A stretch of DNA of 42,981 nucleotides from an uncultured Oribacterium sp. (GCA_900772695.1 CAAGRO010000442.1:1-42981), one strand, 5' to 3'; positions 9,361 through 18,474 are shown, counted from the first letter of the stretch. Numbers and translations: made by a program. The notes: generated by a model not told the origin, from the sequence alone.

Positions 9361-9711
9361 ATGTTTGTAGTGAATGAAAGAGATTTTGAATACCGTTTCG
9401 GTGACAGCGGCCCGAAGTATCTGATGAAGGGCCCACGCATGAACTATGCACTGGTTCAGTTCCAGCCGGGACAGGATTTCCAGGCACACTATCATAATGT
9501 CATGGAAGAGAACTTCTATATCTTAGAGGGAAAAGTCGATATCGTGGTCGACGGCGTCTGTCACACCTTAACCGAAGGCGATTTCATCCACATCGAGCCG
9601 GGTGAGGTGCACTATGTAAAGAACGCCTACGACAAGCAGATCAGGATGGTTTCTACCCTTGCGCCTTTCCAGGAAGTGGATAAGGTCAATGTAGAGAATC
9701 CTGTATACTGA
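9361..9711 (+). CDS. Cupin-domain protein (candidate P-DPD isomerase)
   Basis: Cupin motif 1 AHYHNVMEENFYILEG and motif 2 GDFIHIEPGEVH; GAGGG RBS; follows lsrK. Confidence 0.85.
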   Translation: MFVVNERDFEYRFGDSGPKYLMKGPRMNYALVQFQPGQDFQAHYHNVMEENFYILEGKVDIVVDGVCHTLTEGDFIHIEPGEVHYVKNAYDKQIRMVSTLAPFQEVDKVNVENPVY

Positions 9712-9747
9712 TTTCTGAATATCCATTTCTGTATATTCGTTCGAAAG

Positions 9748-9784
9748 AAAACGGAGGCCGTCCATCAGGACCACCTCCGTTTTT
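9748..9784. terminator. Bidirectional terminator between cupin and metA
   Basis: AAAACGGAGG...CCTCCGTTTT inverted repeat between convergent genes. Confidence 0.7.
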
Positions 9785-9866
9785 ACTGTCTCAATGCATG
9801 TATACCGCCACGGTGCCGCAGGACATCACGCATTATCTTTCTGAAACCATACGCACACCATCCGGT

Positions 9867-10868
9867 TCAGGACTTCTTTCCGGCCATCATGATCGTATCA
9901 CGTTCTTCCACATGGTCGCCCTTCAGATAACTGTCCGTCTGCACCGGTGACAGCTCATGAAGGTCATACGGGGTCTCCTGATACACGAAGTTCAGCCAGT
10001 TCGTGTAGGTGCAGTTCGAGGTCGAACGCCAGCTGAGGACGGGTTCCTTTGATGGATCATTGTCCTCATAATAACCAACGGGAAGCTTCGGGTTGAGGCC
10101 CTTCTTCACATCGCGCTTATACTCCTTATCCAGGTCGTACTTATCATACTCGGAGTGGCCGGTGATGAAGATCTGGCGGCTCGAGCAGGCGAGAATCATA
10201 TAGCTGCCGCCCTCTTCCGGCTTCACCGCTTCCGCAACGACATACAGCTCCGGATTCTTCCGGACAGCCTCCTCATCGATCCCTGTATAGCGGGAGATCG
10301 GCACATTAAAATAATCATCCATGCCGCGCATGATCATCTTCTTCCGGTGAAGCACCTTCTGACGATAGATGCCGGAGAGCTTTTCCGGGAGCAGACGCTT
10401 CTCGATGCCATAATGATAGTAGAGCCCGGCCTGCGCGCCCCAGCAGATGTGAAAGGTTGAGAAGACATGGGTCTCGGACCATTTCATGATTTCCGTAAGC
10501 TCCGGCCAGTACTCTACCTCCTCGAACGGAAGCTTCTCGACCGGTGCGCCGGTGATGATCAGGCCGTCGAAGTACTCCTCCTCCACCTGATCCAGGGTCA
10601 CATAGAACTTATTGAGATGAGAGGCGTCGGTGTGCTTCGACTCGTGGGTCGCCACGGTCATAAAGGTGATCTCCGTCTGAATCGGAAAGTTCGACAGCAC
10701 ACGGAGAATATCAAGCTCTGTATCCTCCTTCAGCGGCATCAGGTTCAGAATCGCGATCCGCAGTGGTCGGATCTCCTGAGACTGCGCCCGTTTCTCATCC
10801 ATCACGAAGATGTTCTCGTTCTCCAGGATATGCTTCGCAGGTAAATCATTCTGTACTTTAATCGGCAT
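9867..10868 (-). CDS. metA: Homoserine O-acyltransferase MetA (probably acetyltransferase)
   Basis: MPIKV..LPA, ILNLMP, DGLIITGAPVE, catalytic ICWGAQA, TGHSEYD. Confidence 0.95.
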   Translation of the reverse strand: MPIKVQNDLPAKHILENENIFVMDEKRAQSQEIRPLRIAILNLMPLKEDTELDILRVLSNFPIQTEITFMTVATHESKHTDASHLNKFYVTLDQVEEEYFDGLIITGAPVEKLPFEEVEYWPELTEIMKWSETHVFSTFHICWGAQAGLYYHYGIEKRLLPEKLSGIYRQKVLHRKKMIMRGMDDYFNVPISRYTGIDEEAVRKNPELYVVAEAVKPEEGGSYMILACSSRQIFITGHSEYDKYDLDKEYKRDVKKGLNPKLPVGYYEDNDPSKEPVLSWRSTSNCTYTNWLNFVYQETPYDLHELSPVQTDSYLKGDHVEERDTIMMAGKKS

Positions 10869-10988
10869 AGGGTACCTCGTTTATGTTTATCTTCAGACAA
10901 GTAAGGCGATTCCTGAATAAAAATGTTCAGGAATATGCATTTTCATACAAATAAATGAAACTGACCCAAATTATATCTCGAAATCCTA

Positions 10989-11017
10989 TTGCACACAACT
11001 AAAACTCATGCTATAGT
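10989..11017 (+). promoter_or_regulatory. Promoter of the metK leader
   Basis: TTGCAC, N17, TATAGT with extended TG. Confidence 0.65.
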
Positions 11018-11055
11018 ACTATCCGCACTCGAGAAATCGGTGCACAATTTCATAA

Positions 11056-11156
11056 CTTATTCAGAGACGGTGGAGCTACATAGGAGCGATGAAGCCGCAG
11101 CAACCCCGGAAACGGAAGGTGCTAACCTGAGCGAACGTTTTGTTTCGAGCAATAAG
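11056..11156 (+). ncRNA. SAM-I (S-box) riboswitch aptamer
   Basis: P1 CTTATT/AATAAG, CAGAG, GGTGGAG..GATGAAGCC kink-turn P2, GCAACC..GGTGCTAA P3, P4; upstream of metK. Confidence 0.9.
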
Positions 11157-11168
11157 ATGCGGATTTTC

Positions 11169-11197
11169 AGCCTGTCGATTGTTCGACAGGCTTTTTT
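11169..11197 (+). terminator. Riboswitch expression-platform terminator
   Basis: AGCCTGTCGA-TTGT-TCGACAGGCT-TTTTT directly after the aptamer. Confidence 0.85.
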
Positions 11198-11319
11198 ATA
11201 CATCCATCCCCGCAGGGAACTCATCGATCGGGCTTTCCGACGATGTGCCCCACACAGCGACGGATCCGCAAAAAGTCACTTCGAAACACCATTTGGCATA
11301 GGCCAGAAAGGATTTACAC

Positions 11320-12378
11320 ATGTTATTTTCATCAGAGCAGGTATCCAACGGACATCCGGATAAGATCTGTGATCAGATTTCCGATGCTATCGTGACCGAC
11401 ATTCTGCAGCACGACGACCAGAGCCGTATCGCAGCCGAGACCATCATCAAGGATTACGAGATCACCGTGATGGGTGAGATCACTTCGAACTACGAGCCGG
11501 ATTACGACAAGCTGATCCGCGATGTACTCCGCAGCATCGGTCTCACCGATGTCGAGAAATACAACATCCGTTACCTGATTTCCAGACAGTCTCCGGACAT
11601 CGCGATGGGTGTCGACAACGACGGTGCCGGCGACCAGGGCATGATGTTCGGCTATGCGACGAACGAGACCGAGGAGATGCTCCCGATTCCATACGTTCTT
11701 TCCACGAAGGCACTGCTGAAGCTTCGTGCCTACAACCTGAAGGATGGCTTCCAGAAGTTCCGTCCAGATGCAAAGGCACAGGTATCCTTCGATTATGATA
11801 CCCACCGCATCGACACCTTCCTGATCTCCACCCAGCATGCCGAGGAGACCTCTCTCGACGAGGTACGTGAGATCGTTTCCGGCATCATGAAGGAAACTGC
11901 AGAGGAGATGGGCCTCAACACCGACTTCCGTGTGCTGGTGAATCCAACCGGCCGTTTCGTTCTCGGTTCCTCCTTCGCCGATTCCGGCCTGACCGGTCGT
12001 AAGATCATCGCCGACACCTACGGTGGAGCCGCTCATCACGGCGGCGGAGCCTTCTCCGGTAAGGATCCGAGTAAGGTCGACCGTTCCGCAGCTTACATGG
12101 CTCGTAAGATCGCCCGCGATATCGTCAACGCCGGCAAGGCAGATCGCTGTGAGGTACAGCTTGCCTACGCCATCGGCGTTGCAGAGCCGGTTTCCGTATA
12201 TGTCGACTGCTTCGGTACCGAAAAGCAGGATCGTAACACCATCTGGGAGGAAATCAAGCACAACTATGATCTGACCCCGAAGGGCATCACCCGTGCGCTG
12301 GATCTCCGCCACGTCGATTACAACCTGGTATCCAGCTACGGTCACTTCGGCAAGTCCGAGCTTCCATGGGAGAAGTAA
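11320..12378 (+). CDS. metK: S-adenosylmethionine synthetase
   Basis: GHPDKICDQISDA, QSPDI, GAGDQG, GLTGRKII, GGGAFSGKDPSKVDRS, YGHFG. Confidence 0.96.
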   Translation: MLFSSEQVSNGHPDKICDQISDAIVTDILQHDDQSRIAAETIIKDYEITVMGEITSNYEPDYDKLIRDVLRSIGLTDVEKYNIRYLISRQSPDIAMGVDNDGAGDQGMMFGYATNETEEMLPIPYVLSTKALLKLRAYNLKDGFQKFRPDAKAQVSFDYDTHRIDTFLISTQHAEETSLDEVREIVSGIMKETAEEMGLNTDFRVLVNPTGRFVLGSSFADSGLTGRKIIADTYGGAAHHGGGAFSGKDPSKVDRSAAYMARKIARDIVNAGKADRCEVQLAYAIGVAEPVSVYVDCFGTEKQDRNTIWEEIKHNYDLTPKGITRALDLRHVDYNLVSSYGHFGKSELPWEK

Positions 12379-12388
12379 CTTGTCCCAG

Positions 12389-13084
12389 ATGAAGCCGAAA
12401 GAAAAGACACTCTGGCATGATGGTCTTCAGTACGATCTGCTCCTCGGCATCGCCCTGGAGCTGATCGTACTTTTCGTTTCCATCCTCTTCTGGCATATGC
12501 AGTTCCCGAAGCTGGCTGTCGCGAAGGCAGCGGTCCTGAACCTCCTGTACCTCGTACTGGCGCTCCCGCTGCTCGTCGGGATCTTCGGTCTCTGTGCGCG
12601 TTCGATGGAAAACGCATTCTGGACCCGGCTCTTCACGCGGCTCGCATGGCCGGCACTCCTCGCCGGTATCCTCGCTACGCTCATCCTCTGTCTGATTCCA
12701 CCCTACTGCTCCGGCAGCACGAAGCAGAAGCAGTATATGCAGATCGATCAGGGCATCGACGAAAGCATAGTGAACGACCTGCATCAGCTCTTCCCGGAGA
12801 CCATCCTGCCGACCGCCGGTGACGTCTCCTATCAGTACTACAAGTACACGAGCATCCTCGAGAACAGCCTGCACATAAGCCTCGGCGAGACGCTCGACGA
12901 AACCGGCTTCCAGAGAGAAGCTGCCCGCATCGGCGCTCTGCCAATGCTTACATCCGGCACCCGCACGGAAGGCGAGGACATCACGCTCATCTATCTCCAG
13001 ACCCCGGAAGGCCTGATCCTGCACCTGAGCCTCGACGCCGCCTGCCACCGTATCATCTACTCCGCCAGCTGCCGGCAGCACTAA
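12389..13084 (+). CDS. Hypothetical membrane protein (about 3 TM helices plus a soluble domain)
   Basis: ATG 10 nt after the metK stop; hydrophobic N-terminal half; ends at a terminator. Confidence 0.7.
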   Translation: MKPKEKTLWHDGLQYDLLLGIALELIVLFVSILFWHMQFPKLAVAKAAVLNLLYLVLALPLLVGIFGLCARSMENAFWTRLFTRLAWPALLAGILATLILCLIPPYCSGSTKQKQYMQIDQGIDESIVNDLHQLFPETILPTAGDVSYQYYKYTSILENSLHISLGETLDETGFQREAARIGALPMLTSGTRTEGEDITLIYLQTPEGLILHLSLDAACHRIIYSASCRQH

Positions 13085-13111
13085 AAAAGGAGCCCTGAGG
13101 GCCCCTTTTTT
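13083..13111. terminator. Bidirectional terminator
   Basis: AAAAAAGGAGCCC-TGA-GGGCCCCTTTTTT between convergent genes. Confidence 0.8.
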
Positions 13112-13114
13112 ATA

Positions 13115-13864
13115 TTACTTATTGTAGTTCACGATGGTGCCGAAGTCCGGCTTCAGAGATGCACCGCCGATCAGTCCGCCATCGATATCCGGCTGTGCGA
13201 GGAGTTCCTTGCAGTTGCCGGCATTCATGGATCCACCATACTGGATGCGGATCGCCTCTGCGGTATCGGTGTCATAGATCTCAGCGATGGTATCACGGAT
13301 CGCCTTACATACCTCCTCAGCCTGTGCGGAGGTCGCGGTCTTACCGGTTCCGATCGCCCAGATCGGCTCGTACGCGATCACAACGCCCTTCGCCTGATCA
13401 GCGCTTACGCCCTGGAAAGCAATCTTGATCTGCATACGGATCCAGTCCTCCGTGATTCCCTGCTCTCTCTGCTCGAGGGACTCACCACAGCACACGATCG
13501 GCTTCAGGCCCTTCTCAAGCGCCTTCAGGAGCTTCTTATTGATGTCCTCATCGGTCTCATGGAAGTAGCCTCTTCTCTCGGAATGGCCCATGATCACGTA
13601 TTCTACGCCTGCATCTACGAGCATGTCAGCAGAGATCTCACCGGTGTATGCGCCCTTATCCTCGAAATAAAGATTCTCTGCGCCGACATGTACATTGCTG
13701 CCCTTTACAGCATTGACCACTGGTACGAGGTCGATGGCTGGTACACAGTACACAACGTCCACATCCTCATTCTGTACGAGTGGCTTTAACGTCTCGACGA
13801 GCTTCACCGCCTCAGAAGGAACCATGTTCATCTTCCAGTTACCGGCAATAATCTTCTTTCTCAT
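13115..13864 (-). CDS. tpiA: Triosephosphate isomerase
   Basis: [37 protein letters not shown]. Confidence 0.98.
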   Translation of the reverse strand: MRKKIIAGNWKMNMVPSEAVKLVETLKPLVQNEDVDVVYCVPAIDLVPVVNAVKGSNVHVGAENLYFEDKGAYTGEISADMLVDAGVEYVIMGHSERRGYFHETDEDINKKLLKALEKGLKPIVCCGESLEQREQGITEDWIRMQIKIAFQGVSADQAKGVVIAYEPIWAIGTGKTATSAQAEEVCKAIRDTIAEIYDTDTAEAIRIQYGGSMNAGNCKELLAQPDIDGGLIGGASLKPDFGTIVNYNK

Positions 13865-13975
13865 ATAGATACCTCTTTCTTTTTATCACTTCACATATAT
13901 GAAGCATCATAAGCTGTGCGATGGCGCAGCCTTTCATCCATTTATATACGGCACCACAGAACATCCGGGATGATG

Positions 13976-14012
13976 AAAAAAGCCGGAGGCACTCCCACGG
14001 AAGGCCTCCGGC
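13976..14012 (-). terminator. Terminator-like hairpin after pgk
   Basis: GCCGGAGGC...GCCTCCGGC followed by T6 on the minus strand. Confidence 0.6.
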
Positions 14013-14022
14013 CACAGTTCAA

Positions 14023-15243
14023 TTAGTTCTTATCATCTGCTGCAGCAACGCCCGGAAGCTCCTTACCCTCAAGGAACTCAAGGGAAGCGCCACCACCCGT
14101 CGAGATATGGCTCATCTTATCGCCATAGCCGAGCTGGTTCACAGCAGCTGCAGAATCGCCGCCACCGATGATGGTTGTCGCATCGGTATCTGCGAGTGCC
14201 TTCGCAACAGCCTTCGTACCAGCCGCAAGGGTCGGGTTCTCGAATACGCCCATCGGGCCGTTCCATACAACGGTCTTTGCGGACTTTACAGCCTCTGCAT
14301 AGAGCTCCGCGGTCTTCGGTCCGATATCCATGCCCATCTTGCCAGCCGGAATCTTGTCAATGTCTACAACCTCTGTATCGATCGGTCCATCGATCGGATC
14401 CGGGAAGTGATCGGTGATAACTGCATCTACCGGAAGAAGAAGCTTCTTACCAAGCTGCTCTGCCTTGGCGATCATCTCCTTGCAGTAGTCAAGCTTCGTC
14501 TCATCACAGAGAGAAGAACCGATCTCGTAGCCCTGTGCCTTTGTGAAGGTGAACGCCATACCGCCACCGATGATGAGGGTATCGCACTTCTCAAGGAGGT
14601 TCGAGATAACATTCAGCTTATCGGCAACCTTCGCACCGCCGAGGATCGCTACGAAAGGACGTACCGGATTCTCAACCGCCTGGCCGAGGAACTGGATCTC
14701 CTTCTGCATCAGGTAGCCAACAACGTGCGGGCCGTTGATGTACTTGGTGACGCCAACATTGGAGCAGTGTGCTCTGTGCGCAGTACCAAATGCATCATTT
14801 ACGAATACATCTGCGAGAGAAGCGAGGTCCTGAGAGAATGCATCTCCATTCTTGGTCTCCTCTGCTCTGTAACGAGTGTTCTCGAGAAGAATCACATCGC
14901 CATCCTTCATCTCAGCAACCGCTGCTCTTGCGTTTGCGCCGACAACCTCAGGATCTGCTGCAAACTTTACTTCCTGGCCGAGAAGCTCGGAAAGTCTCTT
15001 TGCAACCGGAGCGAGGGTCTTGGAAGGCTTATCCTCCTCTGTCTTCACCTTACCGAGGTGGGAGCAGAGAATCACCTTGCCACCGTCAGCGATCAGCTTC
15101 TTGATGGTCGGAAGTGCAGCCACGAGTCTGTTCTCGTCGGTGATCACACCGTTCTTCAGAGGAACGTTGAAGTCGCATCTGCAAAGGACGCGCTTGCCCT
15201 TTACATCGATATCATCCACTGTTAACTTGTTTAAACCTGCCAT
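14023..15243 (-). CDS. pgk: Phosphoglycerate kinase
   Basis: [50 protein letters not shown]; start 15243 behind AAGGAG. Confidence 0.98.
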   Translation of the reverse strand: MAGLNKLTVDDIDVKGKRVLCRCDFNVPLKNGVITDENRLVAALPTIKKLIADGGKVILCSHLGKVKTEEDKPSKTLAPVAKRLSELLGQEVKFAADPEVVGANARAAVAEMKDGDVILLENTRYRAEETKNGDAFSQDLASLADVFVNDAFGTAHRAHCSNVGVTKYINGPHVVGYLMQKEIQFLGQAVENPVRPFVAILGGAKVADKLNVISNLLEKCDTLIIGGGMAFTFTKAQGYEIGSSLCDETKLDYCKEMIAKAEQLGKKLLLPVDAVITDHFPDPIDGPIDTEVVDIDKIPAGKMGMDIGPKTAELYAEAVKSAKTVVWNGPMGVFENPTLAAGTKAVAKALADTDATTIIGGGDSAAAVNQLGYGDKMSHISTGGGASLEFLEGKELPGVAAADDKN

Positions 15244-15260
15244 AATAAATCTCCTTTTAT

Positions 15261-15296
15261 AAAAAGAGGCCAGGCCCATGAAGGCCGGACCTCTTT
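15261..15296 (-). terminator. Terminator-like hairpin between gap and pgk
   Basis: AAAGAGG...GGCC-N6-GGCC...CCTCTTT with a T-run on the minus strand. Confidence 0.55.
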
Positions 15297-15422
15297 AAAG
15301 TCATATCCCTGTTGATCCATGAGAGGGCCGTCCGAAGGACGGAGCGGCGCATGGATGCCTTAGTGGCGAACGTATTCAGAGCCTTGCCCGCGGCAAGGCA
15401 ACTTAATATATTCTGAGAGGAA

Positions 15423-16436
15423 TTAGTCAGCAATCAGAGAACCGAAGTACTTGATTGTTCTTACCATCTGAGATGTGTAGGAGTTCTCGTTGTCATACCA
15501 TGAAACAACCTGTACAAGAGTCTTGCCGTTGCCCATCGGGAGAACCTTGGTCTGCGTAGCATCGAAGATGGAACCAGCCATGGAGTTGATGATATCGGAA
15601 GATACGATCTCGTCTGTGTTGTACTCGAAGGACTCTGTCTCCTCTGCCTTCATCTGAGCGTTAACCTCATCAGCAGTTACTTCCTTAGCAACAACTGCAT
15701 CAAGGATGGTGGTGGAACCTGTAGCTACAGGAACACGCTGAGCAGCACCGTTCAGCTTGCCATCAAGCTCTGGAAGAACGAGGCCGATTGCCTTTGCTGC
15801 ACCGGAAGATGCAGGAGTGATGTTCTGAGCACCTGCTCTGGAACGACGAAGGTTGCCCTTTCTCTGCGGTCCATCAAGGATCATCTGGTCACCGGTGTAA
15901 GCGTGAACAGTGGTCATGAAGCCGGACTCGATCGGAGCGAGGTCGTTAAGCGCCTTTGCCATCGGAGCGAGGCAGTTGGTGGTGCAGGATGCAGCGGAGA
16001 TGATCTGATCATCAGCTGTAAGAGTCGTGTGGTTTACATTGTAAACGATGGTCTTCAGATCCTTACCAGCAGGTGCAGAGATAACAACGTGCTTAGCACC
16101 AGCGTTGATGTGTGCCATGGACTTCTCCTTAGAGCAGTAGAAACCTGTGCACTCGAGAACTACATCGATGTCAAGATCCTTCCATGGAAGAGCTGCAGCG
16201 TCCTTCTCCTTGTAGATCTCGATCTCCTTGCCATTTACGATGATGGAGTGATCAGTAGCCTCTACCGTACCGTTGTATCTGCCGTGGGTTGTATCATACT
16301 TAAGAAGGTATGCAAGCATCTCCGGGCTGGTCAGATCGTTGATTGCTACAACATCATAACCCTCAGCCTGGAACATCTGTCTGAATGCGAGACGACCGAT
16401 ACGGCCGAAACCATTAATCGCAACTCTTACTGCCAT
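15423..16436 (-). CDS. gap: Glyceraldehyde-3-phosphate dehydrogenase
   Basis: [24 protein letters not shown]. Confidence 0.98.
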   Translation of the reverse strand: MAVRVAINGFGRIGRLAFRQMFQAEGYDVVAINDLTSPEMLAYLLKYDTTHGRYNGTVEATDHSIIVNGKEIEIYKEKDAAALPWKDLDIDVVLECTGFYCSKEKSMAHINAGAKHVVISAPAGKDLKTIVYNVNHTTLTADDQIISAASCTTNCLAPMAKALNDLAPIESGFMTTVHAYTGDQMILDGPQRKGNLRRSRAGAQNITPASSGAAKAIGLVLPELDGKLNGAAQRVPVATGSTTILDAVVAKEVTADEVNAQMKAEETESFEYNTDEIVSSDIINSMAGSIFDATQTKVLPMGNGKTLVQVVSWYDNENSYTSQMVRTIKYFGSLIAD

Positions 16437-16500
16437 AATAATATCCTCCTGATATTTAATGAAATAAATGGTTACATATAAATTTCCATTAGCATCTGTT

Positions 16501-16529
16501 ATTGTATGCTATCAAATGTCTTTTTGCAA
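16501..16529 (-). promoter_or_regulatory. gap promoter
   Basis: Minus strand TTGCAA, N17, TACAAT. Confidence 0.65.
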
Positions 16530-16545
16530 GTACAAAACGGCGATT

Positions 16546-16563
16546 TTGTGAAAAATTTCACAG
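16546..16563. promoter_or_regulatory. Rex operator-like palindrome upstream of gap
   Basis: TTGTGAA-AAAT-TTCACAG versus Rex consensus TTGTGAA-N4-TTCACAA (1 mismatch). Confidence 0.7.
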
Positions 16564-16653
16564 CAAATTTACAATTCTGTACGTGAGCCTGACGGTGAGC
16601 GACCATATGGCTTCTGTCGCTCGCCCTCCGGGCTCACTGAACGAATCGAAACA

Positions 16654-18348
16654 TTACTGCAGCATGGATTTTACGTAGCCCGCGATATTGTCGGCGTGGT
16701 CTGAAATACGCTCGAGGTCACCGATGACATCGAGGAAGGCCACACCTGCGGAGGTACTGCACTTGCCCTCGCTGAGGCGCTGCATATGGTGCTCACGCAT
16801 CTCACGCTCCATCGTGTCCACGACGTCCTCGGAGCGCTTTGTGTCGATGACTTCATCGATGCTGTTATCTTCGAGTGCATTGATGGACAGACTGAAGCTT
16901 GCCTGCGCCTGCTGTCCGATCTTCTGGAGATCCCGGATGCCCTTTTCCGTGAAGTGCACGCCGTTATCGAAGATGTATTTCGCCTTTTCGACAATATTCT
17001 CTGCATGATCACCGACACGCTCCATATCCGTCAGCGTATTCAGCATACGGGTCACCTCGAACTTCTGGCGCTCGCTGAGGGAGAGCTGGTCGATCTTGAT
17101 GAGATAATTCGTGAGGAGGCCCGTCATATGGTCGATCAGCTTCTCCCGATCATGCACATCCTGAATCAGCTTCTCGTCTCCGCTCTCCAGTGCACTGCAG
17201 GCATCACTGATATTGACTGCAACGACGCGGCCGAGGTTGACGACCTCACTCCTGGTCGCCGCCAGGGCGATCGCCGGGGACTCCAGGATACGCTCATCCA
17301 GATGACGACGGAGACGCTGTTCTTCGATGTTCACCTTATCCTCTGCAGTCTGTGCACCTTCGGCGACGGTCTTCTCCGGAACGAGTGCACCGGAAAGCTT
17401 CACGAGAAGATCACCGAACGGATAGAGCACCAGCGTGCAGCTCACGTTAAAGATCGTATGGAAGATGGAAATCTCCACCGGCGTAAGCATGTCGTTGAAG
17501 AACTGCGGTACTGCGAAGGAAGCCGCAAAAATCAGTACACCGAACATCACGGCACCCGCTACGTTGAAGAGCAGGTGAATGCAGGCAGCCCGCTTCGCAG
17601 TGCGGCTGGTACCCGTTGCAGAAATCATCGCCGTCACGCAGGTACCGATGTTCTGTCCGAGGGTGATGTAGAAACCGGAGGCTCTCGGAACGGCACCCGC
17701 CAGGGCGAGGGTCTGCAGGATGGAAACCGAAGCAGCGGAGGACTGAATGATACCGGTCACGACCGCACCGACCAGAATACCCAGGATCGGATTTCCGCCG
17801 ATCGCACGGAAGGCATCGGAGAAGATCGGTGAATCCGCATACGGGGATACCGCACCCGACATAAACTCGAGGCCGATGAAGATGAAGCCGACACCGATAC
17901 AGAAATTACCGATCAGATCATCACTGCCCTTCTTGCCAAACAGGATACGGAACGCACCGATGGCGATCAGCACCGGAGAAAAGAAATCCGGCTTCAGCAC
18001 CGTCAGCATATCGCTCGAAATCTGCGTCAGTGATACCATCCAGGCCGTGATGGTCGTACCGATATTCGCGCCCATGATGATGCCGACCGCCTGTGAAAGA
18101 TTCATGATGCCGGCATTCACGAAACCGACGACCATGACCGTCGTCGCGGATGACGACTGTACCAGTGCCGTAATCGCCGCACCGAGCACCACCGCCATAA
18201 AACGGTTCTTCGTCACGATGTCCAGGAAACCTGAGATCCGGTTACCTGCCGCCTTCTGCATGCCGTCACTCATGACGGACATACCATACAGGAACATACC
18301 TAATCCGCCCAGAAGACGGAACAGACTCGCCACATGATCTACTGTCAT
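16654..18348 (-). CDS. Na+/Pi cotransporter family protein with C-terminal PhoU-like domains
   Basis: LLGGLGMFLYGM, QSSSATTVMVVGFV, GANIGTT, second QSS repeat, DMERVGDH / DLERISDH PhoU motifs. Confidence 0.93.
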   Translation of the reverse strand: MTVDHVASLFRLLGGLGMFLYGMSVMSDGMQKAAGNRISGFLDIVTKNRFMAVVLGAAITALVQSSSATTVMVVGFVNAGIMNLSQAVGIIMGANIGTTITAWMVSLTQISSDMLTVLKPDFFSPVLIAIGAFRILFGKKGSDDLIGNFCIGVGFIFIGLEFMSGAVSPYADSPIFSDAFRAIGGNPILGILVGAVVTGIIQSSAASVSILQTLALAGAVPRASGFYITLGQNIGTCVTAMISATGTSRTAKRAACIHLLFNVAGAVMFGVLIFAASFAVPQFFNDMLTPVEISIFHTIFNVSCTLVLYPFGDLLVKLSGALVPEKTVAEGAQTAEDKVNIEEQRLRRHLDERILESPAIALAATRSEVVNLGRVVAVNISDACSALESGDEKLIQDVHDREKLIDHMTGLLTNYLIKIDQLSLSERQKFEVTRMLNTLTDMERVGDHAENIVEKAKYIFDNGVHFTEKGIRDLQKIGQQAQASFSLSINALEDNSIDEVIDTKRSEDVVDTMEREMREHHMQRLSEGKCSTSAGVAFLDVIGDLERISDHADNIAGYVKSMLQ

Positions 18349-18415
18349 ATTTTCTCCTAAAATAAAAGCTCGATTCCGAAAACCGAGTACCAGGCAGCAA
18401 CCCCTGCCAAATCGG

Positions 18416-18455
18416 ATTATAACAGACCGTAAAAATCATGTAAATATTCTGCAAA
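18416..18455 (-). promoter_or_regulatory. Promoter with Pho-box-like direct repeats
   Basis: Minus strand TTTGCA-N5-TTTACA-N5-TTTACG (11-bp period); TTTACA is also the -35, followed by N17 and TG-n-TATAAT. Confidence 0.6.
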
Positions 18456-18474
18456 GTTCCTTCGCAGATACAAT

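Noticed and set aside
10989..11363. 124-aa ORF upstream of metK
   Set aside because: Overlaps the promoter, SAM riboswitch and terminator
13921..15225. 434-aa plus-strand ORF
   Set aside because: Antisense shadow of pgk caused by codon bias; no motifs or RBS
15345..15372. Short rRNA-like words (GGATGCCTT, TTAGTGGCGAACG)
   Set aside because: Too short and without surrounding rRNA similarity
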